Part shown: positions 28,643 to 38,577 of the stretch, one piece after another
Position numbering within the stretch: position 1 is the stretch's first letter
Layout: each line of letters starts with the position of its first letter
Made by a program: the position numbers and the translations under genes
The notes under the pieces: model-generated
The model's input: the letters and a program-made list of their open reading frames with translations, nothing else
Database searches by the model: none
What the model was told of the DNA's origin: nothing
Virus record (IMG/VR): IMGVR_UViG_3300030372_000386
Span: 20,190-84,189 of that record
DNA: 64,000 bases
Source of the DNA: a virus
Lineage: Duplodnaviria > Caudoviricetes
Direction: 5' to 3' (one strand)

Positions 28643-29527
28643 TTATACTCCTTGCTCAATATGTTTTGCATATTCTTCTAGTGGCACGTTAAGTCGTTTA
28701 GCTATCGCTACCTGACTTGGCGTGAGTTTTATTTTGCGCGCATTTTTCTTACCTGTGGCACCTCTGCTACTGGCAGCAACCTGTTGCGTGGGGGCAGATT
28801 GCTCTTCCGAAAACTTTTGAGGAAAGTATTCTCTTATTTTCGAGTCTACTCTATCATAATAAGTGTCGCTATGTGGGTCTACGCCTTCTTCTACTAACAT
28901 TTTATGTATTCCAAAAGCAGCGTAGGTCATAGCTTCGTCTGTTCCAAACCATTCATTTCCAGCCTTATTAGCCCAAGCCTCAGCTTTTGGATCTGGTGGC
29001 GGAGTTGGTTGATTAAATTCAGGAACTTGTACTTCTTGCTCGTTAGAAGTTTGTCTTGCTTGTTGCTGCGCAGTAAGCCTTTTAAGGTTTTCAGCTTCCG
29101 CCGCACTCCTTGAAAGTAATTCTGTCGCACTAGCAATATCATCTACATTTCCTGTTTCTTGAGCCACTCTTAAATTGTTTTTGGCTCTTTCAAGATCCGA
29201 TTGTATACGATTGTCGTATTCTTTGAAAAGAGAAGAATCAGAATTTTTTAATTTTTCTTTTAATTCTGAATTATCTTGATGAATGGTTTGTGCGTAATTT
29301 ACTGCTTCATCTCTCTGTCTTTCAGCTTCTCTCATTTTATAAGTTAGTTTATCTATGCGTTTTTGTACGCTTTCACTAATCTTATCTAATTCTTCTTCCG
29401 CTGCTGCAGATTCTTCTACTACAGGTTCTTCTATCCCCATAGGTACTGAATCGTCTACGTCAGCTTCTCTTATATCCACCTCCCCTTCAGGAAGTTCTAA
29501 TTCTATTTTTTGTGCTTCTTCTTGCAT
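28643..29527 (-). CDS. Capsid scaffolding protein
   Basis: Acidic coiled coil; VQKRIDKLT; C-terminal KLTPSQVAIAKRLNVPLEEYAK. The start Met is uncertain. Confidence 0.7.
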   Translation of the reverse strand: MQEEAQKIELELPEGEVDIREADVDDSVPMGIEEPVVEESAAAEEELDKISESVQKRIDKLTYKMREAERQRDEAVNYAQTIHQDNSELKEKLKNSDSSLFKEYDNRIQSDLERAKNNLRVAQETGNVDDIASATELLSRSAAEAENLKRLTAQQQARQTSNEQEVQVPEFNQPTPPPDPKAEAWANKAGNEWFGTDEAMTYAAFGIHKMLVEEGVDPHSDTYYDRVDSKIREYFPQKFSEEQSAPTQQVAASSRGATGKKNARKIKLTPSQVAIAKRLNVPLEEYAKHIEQGV

Positions 29528-29541
29528 GGTATTCTCCACGT

Positions 29542-29970
29542 TTATGATAATATATCTTCAGGATTATTAATAACAGCTAGAATTTCGTCGTCGTTTAAAA
29601 GGCGCATATCGCCACCTTCGATTCTAAAACGAGCTCCAGCATATCTTCCGAATATAACCCAGTCCCCTTCTGTACACCAAGCTCCATCTGGAAACTTGTT
29701 TTCGTCTTTATAAGCGTCAGGTCCAAGCCTAACTACATAGCCAACCACAGTTGCTAATCGTTCTTTATCAACTGTTTGTTTTGCTAAATGTATTCCACTT
29801 TTTGTAACAGACGGCGTAGAAAAAGGAAGGATTAATATCCTATATCCTGTAGGGTGCGGTAATTTTTCCGTGTGCGAGTCTAATGTTTCAACAGTTAACC
29901 CAGCTTCCTGTTCTTCTACAGGTGGGGTACTGCCAAAATTATCTACTCGATTTGGAACAGTATCAGTCAT
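29542..29970 (-). CDS. groES: GroES-like co-chaperonin
   Basis: PTGYRILI, TKSGIHL mobile loop, GDWVIFGRYAG, LLNDDEILAVI. Confidence 0.88.
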   Translation of the reverse strand: MTDTVPNRVDNFGSTPPVEEQEAGLTVETLDSHTEKLPHPTGYRILILPFSTPSVTKSGIHLAKQTVDKERLATVVGYVVRLGPDAYKDENKFPDGAWCTEGDWVIFGRYAGARFRIEGGDMRLLNDDEILAVINNPEDILS

Positions 29971-30160
29971 CTATATCCTCCATATTAGATTGTACGGTTT
30001 GAATTTCCTGCTCCGCTATATTCAAACCAGCTATTTCTCCGACCACTCTTTGGTATTGTTCAAAATCTTGAACGCTACCAGTAGCCAACGTAAGCGAAAG
30101 ATCATCTTTTCTCTTTCGTATTTTTTGGAGCAAGTGCTCCATTACTTTTACAAAATCCAC
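29963..30160 (-). CDS. Hypothetical protein
   Basis: Coupled ORF; YQRVVGEIAGL. Confidence 0.6.
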   Translation of the reverse strand: MDFVKVMEHLLQKIRKRKDDLSLTLATGSVQDFEQYQRVVGEIAGLNIAEQEIQTVQSNMEDIDD

Positions 30161-30163
30161 TAA

Positions 30164-30382
30164 TTATTTAATGTATTTATAGTAAAGTAATCCTTTAGTC
30201 TGACCATATCCAGCTTTCATCTGAGATTCTTCACCAGTAACTTTATCATCTTTGATAATAAGTTTACCAGCCTGTACCTCTTGTGTTTTAGAATCGTCTT
30301 GTACAGCAGGGTTTGCCATAGAAGAAGATTTAGACATCGACTTAGGTGCTGGGTAGTCATCGTTATTAAAATATTTATTCAT
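30164..30382 (-). CDS. Hypothetical protein
   Basis: ORF in the operon with an RBS. Confidence 0.5.
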   Translation of the reverse strand: MNKYFNNDDYPAPKSMSKSSSMANPAVQDDSKTQEVQAGKLIIKDDKVTGEESQMKAGYGQTKGLLYYKYIK

Positions 30383-30384
30383 AA

Positions 30385-32814
30385 CTATTCCTCTCTAGTT
30401 GATTGTTTTACTGTTTGTACCAGTTCATTAAAATTCTTTTCTACTTCTCTCTCGTTTTTCATTTCAAGTTCTTGTAAGTCTATTGCAGTTTTAACTTCTT
30501 GCGCATCACGGTTTGCGTCTATACGTTCCATTTCTAGTTGTGCATTTATTTGAGCTTTTTGCATTTCTAATTCTGCTTTACGTTGTTCGCTCATTTCTTT
30601 TTGCATCAACTCATCACGTTCTTGTTGTAATTGCTGTTCGAACATTTCGCGTTGTGGATCGCTTTGTGCTATCGCTTGTGCCTGTGCCATCGCTTGTGCT
30701 TGACCTGTAACTTGTTGTGTTGCTGTAGCAGAAGCTACTGCTAATTCATTCATTAATTCAGGAGGCATAGGTTGGTCTAATGAAGGCAGTGTCTGTCCTA
30801 ATGCTTGTTCTATTTGTATTCTATACAACATCGCTTGGTGCTCTTGAATATTAGCTCCAATAATCTGTAGTATTGCAGGGTTTTGTTGAGCCATGGGGTT
30901 TTGTAAAAACGCACTATGGGCGGCTATGTATGCTTCATGGTTTTGGAATTCATATGCCTTTATAGGCTGTCCAGTTATAGCGGCTTGTTGTTCACTAACG
31001 GGATCTCTTGGAGGAACTTCTTCTTCAGCGGGTAATATAGCATCTATATCTTTTACGTTTAAAGCTAAATACATTTTTCTATAAGCTTCGCGTAAATTAT
31101 GTATATCAGGAGCGGCTTGTGCCATTTGTAATTGAGTTTGCGCTAAAACAATCCTTTGTGTCATACTAAAAATATTAGGATCACTAATAGGTATAACATC
31201 CACTGATCTATCAAAATCTGTTTGAAAAACATTAGATGAAGCTCCTTGTACAGAATACGGATATTCTGGAGGAAGCGTTTCGCTAAATACTCTTTTTAAT
31301 ATTTTAAATTCTTGACGCTGTGCGTAATGTAAACGTTTATGTATTGCAGACATAACACGTTGACCTTTTTCTAATAAAGCTACTGTTGTACCAACAGGTG
31401 CTTCTGAATTACCATCCCCTGTAGGTTGTTCAATAGTTGCAGCAAACTGCTTACCTGAATCTATTAACAAACTTAATAAATTAGTTAAAGTTGCACTTGG
31501 TTCTTTATAAGGTAATGGTAAAAATGAATCTGCTAATCTTCCTCCTGGAACATCAACATCTCTAAATTCTCCAGGTTGTAGTGGGTCATCATGTTTTTGA
31601 ATATTTAACCCTCTGGCTTTAAAACCTGCTGGTAAATTAGAAAGTGTACCTGCGTCTATTAATTGCCTTAATATCGCTGTCACGGATCTGGTCAACCCGC
31701 CCATCATGTGAATTAAGCCGAATCCATAAAATCCTAATCCAGGCAAAAATTTAAAGTGGGTGAAGTGCTCTATCTTTTTGCGCATTGGATCATTAGGATC
31801 ATAATTTGGGCGGATTGCCAGAATGTCATTGGTATCTTTACAAACTGTTACGATATACGGCAACGCTATACCCGTTTCTTCACCATTAGCGTCTTTATCT
31901 TCAAAACCTTCTATATCTAAATCGACATGTACCTCTAATAAAGTAAATTCTTCATTTTGTGCTGTCCTTGAAAGTCCTTCTAGTTCATCAAACTTATCAT
32001 CAAGCTCTGTTCGATAAGATTCGGACGGTTCTGACATAACTTTATCTCTATAAAAGCCAGATATTTGTAATTTACGTAATTCATTTTCTGTCATATACAT
32101 AACATGCGTAATTCTTGGCGCAGTTAGTAAATCTACAGCGTAATATGGAACAACAAGGTCTTCTGCTTTTATAAATCGTGAAGTTGCGCGTCCTAAAGAC
32201 GGATCATAGTAAATTTTCTTAAATGCTGAACCTGATAATGGTAGATAAAATAATAATTGATCCATTTCTGGGTCGAATTCTTCCATTTTGTACGTTATTT
32301 GGTAATTCATGAAGTTTTTTACACGATTTGCTTTTTCTAATTTAGCATCGTTACTTACTCCAAGTACTTCTACGTCAACTGGTCCGCCAGCAGGCAGTAA
32401 TTCTTTATAAGCTTGAGATTGAAACTGAGTTACGGCTTCAGAAAGTATAGGATGATGTACTCCCGACGCTCCTTCAAATGGTTCTGAACGTTCTTCGCCT
32501 CTAATTCCTAATAAATCTAATCCTTTACTAAATGTTGTATACCAATCGTCCCTAGAATTTAAATCGTCTTCGTAATATCCGATTAATTCTGAAGCAATTT
32601 CTTGTAAAGTTGATTCATCTAGTGCTTCTGCAATATTTTCGCCGAAAGCAATGTTGTTTTGTTGGTCAGGATCAAATCCTATAGTCGCTGAACCGTCCTG
32701 TGCTATAAATACTTCTGTATTTTGTGGATCCATCATAGAGGGCTGTTCGATTTCTATATCTAACTCGCCTTGCTCTATCGGAATTACCGAAAAAGGTTGT
32801 CTTTCTATAGCCAT
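30385..32814 (-). CDS. Portal protein (P22-like, long C-terminal coiled coil)
   Basis: 809 aa between TerL and scaffold; PFEGASGVHHP, GFYGFGL, GTLSNLPAGFKARG. Confidence 0.85.
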   Translation of the reverse strand: MAIERQPFSVIPIEQGELDIEIEQPSMMDPQNTEVFIAQDGSATIGFDPDQQNNIAFGENIAEALDESTLQEIASELIGYYEDDLNSRDDWYTTFSKGLDLLGIRGEERSEPFEGASGVHHPILSEAVTQFQSQAYKELLPAGGPVDVEVLGVSNDAKLEKANRVKNFMNYQITYKMEEFDPEMDQLLFYLPLSGSAFKKIYYDPSLGRATSRFIKAEDLVVPYYAVDLLTAPRITHVMYMTENELRKLQISGFYRDKVMSEPSESYRTELDDKFDELEGLSRTAQNEEFTLLEVHVDLDIEGFEDKDANGEETGIALPYIVTVCKDTNDILAIRPNYDPNDPMRKKIEHFTHFKFLPGLGFYGFGLIHMMGGLTRSVTAILRQLIDAGTLSNLPAGFKARGLNIQKHDDPLQPGEFRDVDVPGGRLADSFLPLPYKEPSATLTNLLSLLIDSGKQFAATIEQPTGDGNSEAPVGTTVALLEKGQRVMSAIHKRLHYAQRQEFKILKRVFSETLPPEYPYSVQGASSNVFQTDFDRSVDVIPISDPNIFSMTQRIVLAQTQLQMAQAAPDIHNLREAYRKMYLALNVKDIDAILPAEEEVPPRDPVSEQQAAITGQPIKAYEFQNHEAYIAAHSAFLQNPMAQQNPAILQIIGANIQEHQAMLYRIQIEQALGQTLPSLDQPMPPELMNELAVASATATQQVTGQAQAMAQAQAIAQSDPQREMFEQQLQQERDELMQKEMSEQRKAELEMQKAQINAQLEMERIDANRDAQEVKTAIDLQELEMKNEREVEKNFNELVQTVKQSTREE

Positions 32815-32840
32815 ATATGCAAACTCTACTACTTATTTAA

Positions 32841-34370
32841 TTAATAATAAACCCTTTGACGTCTTGGGTAATCATACTCGTCTTCGTAATCAGTTGAAAG
32901 ACTTAAAAAACCACCCTCTCTAAACCTAGCTAAAGCTAAAGTTGTAGCATCTACTAAGTCGTCGTTTTCGCCACCAGGAAAATCAGAAACTTCTTCTATT
33001 AATTCTTCTCCCCAACGATTATCAGGCACCCAAATCCTGCCGTCTTGAAATATTGGGCTCACTGCATTAAGTCTTGCAATTTTATCTTGCCCTTTTCCTG
33101 GAGAAAATGTATTTACAGGTATACCTATCCTTCTTAATTCTTGTACTAAAGGTATACCCGACGCTTTTGATTCAATAATTACTGTATCTGGATCCCAATA
33201 ATCATATAAACGTAACGCTTCATTTTTTAATTCAGGAAAATCGAACCGTTCTTTAATACAATCTAATAAAATTAAGTGCGCTTCGTCACCGTTATACCGT
33301 TCTTCACCTATTTGTCCTTCTGGATACCAAACTCCCCAAGTAGTTATGGCTGTAAAATCTGCTCTTTCTGATTTTAAAAAGGCTGTATCGTAACTTTGTA
33401 TTAAATATTCGCACGCAGGTGGTTTATCTTCTTCCCAAATCTTAAACCAATCTTTAGGAATTATAGAAATACCTTCACCTGTTGGTCTCTGCATATATTG
33501 CGACGCCCATTTCGACGGGCTAACCGATGCTTTTATAGTTTTTAATTCTTCTAATGACCAAAAGTTTTCCCATAATGATTTACCACTAGGTAAAATTGCA
33601 GGAAACTCAATTAATTTCCATTGGTCTGCACCTTCGTCTTGCGCCATTTTCTTAATTAAACGACCCGTCAAATCTTTTTTAGACCAACGTGTCATTACTA
33701 TTACGATTGCACCTCCAGGTTGTAGCCTTTGTCGAGGTCCCGACATAAACCATTCGTACGCCTCTTCTAATGCTTTATCCGACATAGCGTCTTGTTCGGA
33801 ATGTGGATCGTCAATAATAAACAAATCAGCACCTCTACCTGCTAATGCACCTCCGATACCTGCCGCGTAATACTCTCCGCCTTGGCTTGTTAACCATTTA
33901 CCCGCCGAACGGCTATCTGCTTTTAATTCTGTTTCAGGAAAAAGTTCTTTATATTCTTCGCCGTCGATTAAATCCCTAACTTTTCTACCAAAGTTAATTG
34001 CAAGGTCAGCGGTGTGTGTTGCTTCTATTATTTTTAATTTAGGATTTTTACCTAATAAATACGCAGGAAATAAATGAGAAGCAAATTCTGATTTCGTATG
34101 TCTAGGCGGCATATTTATTATTAGCCTTTTTAGCTTGCCTGATGCTATTTCATCAAAAGCCGCCGCCATTTGTTTATGGTGATTCCCATCGATAAACTCT
34201 GACCACATAGCGCGGACAAAATCCATAAAGGTGCTTGTTGATTTTTCTTGGAATTCTCGTTTTTCGAGTTCTTCTAATAAAACAGTAAATTCTTTTGCCT
34301 CTGCTTTATTAAGGTGGTCTAAGTTAATCCTTTTTAAAAGTTTTAACTTTTCTTTTTTGTCTTGCGACAT
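32841..34370 (-). CDS. terL: Terminase large subunit
   Basis: Walker A-type INMPPRHTKSE, Walker B IIDDPH, VMTRW, nuclease IESKASG and NDDLVDAT. Confidence 0.95.
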   Translation of the reverse strand: MSQDKKEKLKLLKRINLDHLNKAEAKEFTVLLEELEKREFQEKSTSTFMDFVRAMWSEFIDGNHHKQMAAAFDEIASGKLKRLIINMPPRHTKSEFASHLFPAYLLGKNPKLKIIEATHTADLAINFGRKVRDLIDGEEYKELFPETELKADSRSAGKWLTSQGGEYYAAGIGGALAGRGADLFIIDDPHSEQDAMSDKALEEAYEWFMSGPRQRLQPGGAIVIVMTRWSKKDLTGRLIKKMAQDEGADQWKLIEFPAILPSGKSLWENFWSLEELKTIKASVSPSKWASQYMQRPTGEGISIIPKDWFKIWEEDKPPACEYLIQSYDTAFLKSERADFTAITTWGVWYPEGQIGEERYNGDEAHLILLDCIKERFDFPELKNEALRLYDYWDPDTVIIESKASGIPLVQELRRIGIPVNTFSPGKGQDKIARLNAVSPIFQDGRIWVPDNRWGEELIEEVSDFPGGENDDLVDATTLALARFREGGFLSLSTDYEDEYDYPRRQRVYY

Positions 34371-34373
34371 ATA

Positions 34374-35093
34374 TTATTTTAAAGTTTTATTTAAAGCGTC
34401 AAGTTCGTCTTGTAATCTAAATAATCTATTCATATCGACCAGTTCGCCTTGACGTTGCATACTGTCCATTCTAAATAGGTCTTGTTGTATTCGGTCACGT
34501 CTACCTAATAAATCTTCTCTCATCCTAGGATTCATTCTATTACCTAATGAAGTAATCCCTGTATCTTTTAATTTTGTTAAATCAAGATTACCTTGCGTTG
34601 GTCGTTCGATGTTGACTGGTCCACGCGGTCCACGAACCACGTTTAACTGTGGTTTAGTTTGCGGCATGGGTGTCCTGCCTGCAACATCCGTACCAACTCT
34701 TGAACCTGAACGATTTCGTATTTGCATCAATTCAAACATCATTTTTTCATCTGCGTTTTTCTGACCTTTAATGTATTCGTTTATTTTTCGACTTGTTTCA
34801 GGAAGAAAAGGTTCTTTTTTCTTTGGAACTTGTTTCCCCATATCTTTACCAACAGCACCATACATTTTAGAAACTGCTCTAGTAATATCGTCTCCGCGGG
34901 TTACGAAATTTGCTAACCACTTTGGTCCTGTATAAGGTAATGTGGCAGTTGTGACCAACCCTGTTAATAATGCTGCATCATTTTTAATTAAGTCAGAAGT
35001 ATCTACGTCTGTTCTACTTAATTTACGTTCTAACCGATTACCTTGTGAAAACTCTTTTTGTAAATCGGCTAAAAGTTCTGTTAATCGATCCAT
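34374..35093 (-). CDS. Hypothetical protein
   Basis: 239-aa ORF coupled to its neighbours. Confidence 0.6.
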   Translation of the reverse strand: MDRLTELLADLQKEFSQGNRLERKLSRTDVDTSDLIKNDAALLTGLVTTATLPYTGPKWLANFVTRGDDITRAVSKMYGAVGKDMGKQVPKKKEPFLPETSRKINEYIKGQKNADEKMMFELMQIRNRSGSRVGTDVAGRTPMPQTKPQLNVVRGPRGPVNIERPTQGNLDLTKLKDTGITSLGNRMNPRMREDLLGRRDRIQQDLFRMDSMQRQGELVDMNRLFRLQDELDALNKTLK

Positions 35094-35284
35094 TATTTAC
35101 CAACTTTTTTCATTGCAGTTTTATGCGCTGCCGAAAACGATTTACCCGCTCGCATTAATTTACGCATTTCGGTCATATGTTTTTTCGTATGGTGTACCGA
35201 ATGTTTTTTAAGAGTTGTTTGTTGTCTTTTTGTTAGCCCTCTTGATTTAGCTGGAGCTTTTTTCTTGGCTTTCATTTTTGGCAT
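35093..35284 (-). CDS. Lys/His-rich basic protein
   Basis: LKKHSVHHTKKHMTEMRKLM...SFSAAHK. Confidence 0.7.
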   Translation of the reverse strand: MPKMKAKKKAPAKSRGLTKRQQTTLKKHSVHHTKKHMTEMRKLMRAGKSFSAAHKTAMKKVGK

Positions 35285-35357
35285 AAGTAAAGTAGTTTAA
35301 TTTAAAAATGGTTATCTTAGCGCGTATCTTAATCTTAAAATCATAGTCTTGTAAACT

Positions 35358-35909
35358 TTATTCAAGTTCCTCTAATATTTCAATTAAACGATTTAGACCT
35401 GCTTTCGGGTTTTGTTTTTGTCTTGCCGCCGCTGCGCGGATCGCGGGCAGATTGGCTTTAAGTAATTCTAACGTGTATTGGCTTACGTCACTAAGGTCAG
35501 TTCCGCCTTTACTTTGTGCAAAAAAGTCACTAATTAAATTATCTAAATTTTGATTTACGCGGGACGCGCCTGCCCCTCTGCGTTTACCGAACCGTTCAAA
35601 ACCTTCACCCGAACCGCGAGCCATAAGTGACGGTAAACCTGCAAAGGCTTCTGTCACTTGTTGCGGAACCATGGAAGCTAGTTTTGATGCACCTGTATTT
35701 AATGCTTGGGATAGGATTCCTACAGGAGCCTTGGGTGCAAATAATGAAACTTCTTGTAATCCAGGATCTTGTTCTGCGAGTTTCAATACTCGATCGATTT
35801 CGTCTTGTTGTTCGCGTTCAATTTCTGTTAGACGGTTGATCTTCATAAGTAAAGTAGTTATGTGGATAACGAGTTGTTCATAATATAACTCGTAAAAATT
35901 TTTTTGCAA
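35358..35909 (-). CDS. Hypothetical protein (start probably downstream, MKINRL)
   Basis: ORF track; the upstream extension runs into the A/T-tract region. Confidence 0.5.
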   Translation of the reverse strand: MQKNFYELYYEQLVIHITTLLMKINRLTEIEREQQDEIDRVLKLAEQDPGLQEVSLFAPKAPVGILSQALNTGASKLASMVPQQVTEAFAGLPSLMARGSGEGFERFGKRRGAGASRVNQNLDNLISDFFAQSKGGTDLSDVSQYTLELLKANLPAIRAAAARQKQNPKAGLNRLIEILEELE

Positions 35910-36100
35910 AATTTTTTATTTGAAAAATATATGCAAAACTAAGGCTGAAACTAGGTGTGGGCGGGTGGGTACCCCGCTACGGCGTAAAAGGGGGGGTACC
36001 CCTTTACTTATAGGCTTATATAATATCGTTTAGTAGAGAGCGTTTATAGCGTTCTTAGGGTATGTTTAAGGGTAAGGGTTAGGTAGTTAAATAGTAGACA
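35885..36100. other. Non-coding terminus/packaging-like region: A/T tracts, two GGGTACCC palindromes, G-skewed strand
   Basis: TTTTGCAAAA in A/T tracts; GGGTACCC at 35967-35974; GGGGTACCCC at 35993-36002; lies between TerS and TerL. Confidence 0.45.
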
Positions 36101-36101
36101 T

Positions 36102-36131
36102 AAAAAAAGGGTAGCCCGTAGACTACCCTTC
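36102..36131 (-). terminator. Intrinsic terminator
   Basis: AAGGGTAG-8nt-CTACCCTT followed by T7 on the - strand, downstream of 36148..36522. Confidence 0.8.
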
Positions 36132-36147
36132 TTATAGAGAGGTTAAG

Positions 36148-36522
36148 CTACTTAACTATTTTAAGTATCTCTAGCTTACCTAATTTCTTAGACCACTCTT
36201 TATCACCGAATACTTTAGGTGAATAGTGAGCGGTTATTTTACTAGGTGTCTGTTCATAAGAACTATCACCTCTACCCCAGAACTGATTACCACTAGCAGT
36301 TTCACTAAAGGAATTAATATCACCCATAGTAGCCGTACCGCCTAAATCAAATACATAGTTAAGAACTAGTTGTATCTGTCTAGGAAGGTTTTGATACTCT
36401 GATTGAGCATCAGCACCTATAGTTACTTTCATACTGAGGTTAACACCGCCGCCAGTTGACGTAGGGTTAAAAGGGTTAGCTGTTTGTGTGTTAGCTTTCA
36501 CATCTTTATTATTAGTTTTCAT
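36148..36522 (-). CDS. Hypothetical protein isolated within the terminus-like region
   Basis: 124-aa ORF with its own terminator and an upstream TATAAT. Confidence 0.6.
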   Translation of the reverse strand: MKTNNKDVKANTQTANPFNPTSTGGGVNLSMKVTIGADAQSEYQNLPRQIQLVLNYVFDLGGTATMGDINSFSETASGNQFWGRGDSSYEQTPSKITAHYSPKVFGDKEWSKKLGKLEILKIVK

Positions 36523-36631
36523 AATTATTATTAGTTAATTAATGTGGTCTTATGTCTGTGCCACATGCGTATTATATACATATATTAATTATTAATACAA
36601 TACTATATATCTAAATAATTAAATATTTATT

Positions 36632-36795
36632 ATCCGTCCTTTCCGTCCTTTTTCCGTGGCTCGTCTCTCGCGTCGCGTCGCGCTCGAATCGCGGATTCCT
36701 GGAATCTGGGAATGGGTAAGGGTAAGTGTAGAGTAGAGTCAGGGATAGAGTAGATTTGATAGAGTATGTAGAGTAGAGTAGAGCGATTCTGGGAT
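36632..36795. repeat. Short simple repeats (TCCGTCCT, CGCGT, GGGTAA, about 7 x TAGAG)
   Basis: Read directly; lies immediately downstream of TerS. Confidence 0.75.
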
Positions 36796-36796
36796 T

Positions 36797-37342
36797 CTAC
36801 GATTGAGTAAACTCTCCCTCGATCACGTTTGACTCGGATGCTCGTTTCTTGATTAGTTCTTCAAGGCGAGTGAGTATATCGTCCTTGGACATAAGATCGA
36901 TCTTCGCGGTCAACACCTCTCGTCTATCGATGTAGAGTCCGCCAGCCTTGCCTCGATGAACCTCGGCGGTGATTGCCGCGGATATCTGACCTTGGTCTTT
37001 TGCCTCTTCCCGCAGGTCGTGGAGCGTGGACAGGTGGCTTTCAAGAGAAACTGCGTCCCTCTCCGCGAGTGCCATTTCTAACTCAATGAGGTAGTTTCGT
37101 ACAACTGGGTTATGATTCAGTAAAACACTGCCTTGAGTCTTTGCGCCCTTACGATCCTTCGTATAGCCTGCTTTCATCGCTGCTTCAGTGGCTGACATAC
37201 CTTTGACATACTCTTTACAAAACTTCTTTTGCTTAGAGTTGATTGGTTGCCAATTCTTACCGTTTTCGTCGATCAGTGTGTTCCCGTCCTCTGACGGAAC
37301 TAATGGAGTATAAGTGAGTTGTTTCATTCTATCTACCAACAT
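36797..37342 (-). CDS. terS: Terminase small subunit
   Basis: KQKKFCKEYV...SATEAAMKAGY HTH, LHDLREEAK, AITAEVHRGKAGGLY. The start may be MKQLT at 37327. Confidence 0.85.
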   Translation of the reverse strand: MLVDRMKQLTYTPLVPSEDGNTLIDENGKNWQPINSKQKKFCKEYVKGMSATEAAMKAGYTKDRKGAKTQGSVLLNHNPVVRNYLIELEMALAERDAVSLESHLSTLHDLREEAKDQGQISAAITAEVHRGKAGGLYIDRREVLTAKIDLMSKDDILTRLEELIKKRASESNVIEGEFTQS

Positions 37343-37344
37343 TT

Positions 37345-37594
37345 CTAATAGAGTTATTAGAATATTAATAGATTTTATAGAAATAAAATAGTTTTCTCGT
37401 GCCCTCTCAGCTTCTTACCTGTTTGTTTCTAATAGTTTAATAGAATTCTATTACTTTTGCTTTTTCAAACAATCCACTGTTCACGAGCCTTTCAGCTCGA
37501 TTCTATTAGTTTATTACTTCTATTAGTAATTCTTGAAAACTTTTTTCAAAAACTTTTTTATTTTCTAAAACTACTAATAGGACTTTTCTAATAG
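37345..37594. repeat. AT-rich array of about 8-9 (C/T)TAATAG motifs in both orientations
   Basis: Copies include those at 37345, 37429, 37503(rc), 37520(rc), 37574, 37588. Confidence 0.75.
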
Positions 37595-37948
37595 TTACTT
37601 TATCGGTTCAAGTTCATATCCTACAACTTTGTAGTCTTTATCGTACTTATGTACATACCAGAACTTTTCGCCTGTTTCGATATCCTCGAGCAACGCATCT
37701 GGATCCAATCCTTCTAGTTCCTCTACTATAGTACTCTCACTAATAGGCTCGTTTAGGTTTTGAGCTTCGGGCGATCTCCAAGCTTCACTATCCCCTGTAT
37801 AAAGCACACTCCACAACTCGTTGTAGAGGTCGAGTATCTTTTCTATCTTATCAACTGTAGTGACACAAAGGAACTCTCGGTATTGGTTTGGGTTCCTTTC
37901 TTGCTCATGAAAATGACACAAGCTAACTCTATATAGTTTATTTTCCAT
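37595..37948 (-). CDS. Early hypothetical protein (paralogue family of 38574.. and 38963..)
   Basis: RBS AGAAAGGAGAAA; shared motifs. Confidence 0.65.
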   Translation of the reverse strand: MENKLYRVSLCHFHEQERNPNQYREFLCVTTVDKIEKILDLYNELWSVLYTGDSEAWRSPEAQNLNEPISESTIVEELEGLDPDALLEDIETGEKFWYVHKYDKDYKVVGYELEPIK

Positions 37949-38003
37949 TTCTTTCTCCTTTCTTTGTTATTAAAATCCTAGCCCTTTTAAAAGCTAGGCG
38001 TAT

Positions 38004-38037
38004 ATTATACCTAAGAATTTACACGCGATTAAAAGCA
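38004..38037 (-). promoter_or_regulatory. Early sigma70-like promoter
   Basis: TGCTTTTAAT...TATAAT on the - strand. Confidence 0.7.
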
Positions 38038-38057
38038 GTAAAACGACTATTGCCCAT

Positions 38058-38082
38058 AAAAAAGCCCGCGTTAGCGAGCTCT
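38058..38082 (-). terminator. Intrinsic terminator
   Basis: GAGCTCGC-TAAC-GCGGGCT followed by a T tract on the - strand. Confidence 0.7.
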
Positions 38083-38097
38083 TTCTGTGTTCTTTGG

Positions 38098-38304
38098 TTA
38101 ATCGCCGTAATACTTTCGTATAGCTTTGTCTTGTAGTTTTTCGTAATACTCACTCACTGCTACGCGTGCTGTTTTGAGACAAACTCCCCTAAACATATCT
38201 TCTGCGGTATATCCGATCTTAGCAAAATCCCTATAAAGTTCATTAAAGTTCCAATCTAGTGATAGTAATTGTCTTTCACATTCTTTTTCAAAATCAACTA
38301 ACAT
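38098..38304 (-). CDS. Early hypothetical protein
   Basis: Own promoter and AGAAAGGAGAAA RBS. Confidence 0.65.
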   Translation of the reverse strand: MLVDFEKECERQLLSLDWNFNELYRDFAKIGYTAEDMFRGVCLKTARVAVSEYYEKLQDKAIRKYYGD

Positions 38305-38354
38305 TTCTTTCTCCTTTCTTAGTTATCGCGTAAAACTCTTTTACGCGTATAGTT

Positions 38355-38386
38355 ATTATAAAGGGGGAGCAAAGTAGAATAAAGCA
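38355..38386 (-). promoter_or_regulatory. Early sigma70-like promoter
   Basis: TGC-TTTATT-17 nt-TATAAT. Confidence 0.75.
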
Positions 38387-38403
38387 CCGCTACGAGCAAA
38401 CGA

Positions 38404-38577
38404 CTAACGCTTATACTTTCGCTGTTTCTTAAGCCTCTCGCGTTCCCAATCGTCCACGGGATATGAACCTTTCGGTCGCGTACCGCTAAGATATACTGGT
38501 CGCTCGAGTGGCAACCGTTCGATAATTTCGTGGGCTTCCGCCTTACTTTCTAATTCGATTGTTACGCAATACTTCAT
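38404..38577 (-). CDS. Small early protein, 57 aa (not in ORF track)
   Basis: Hand-translated MKYCVTIELESKAEAHEII...; overlaps the upstream stop; RBS GGAGG. Confidence 0.5.
   Translation of the reverse strand: MKYCVTIELESKAEAHEIIERLPLERPVYLSGTRPKGSYPVDDWERERLKKQRKYKR

Noticed and set aside
36632-36795. TAGAG / GGGTAA repeats as a CRISPR array or eukaryotic telomere
   Set aside because: Units are 5-8 bp with no spacers of regular length and no cas genes; only 2-3 telomere-like hexamers occur in a phage context.
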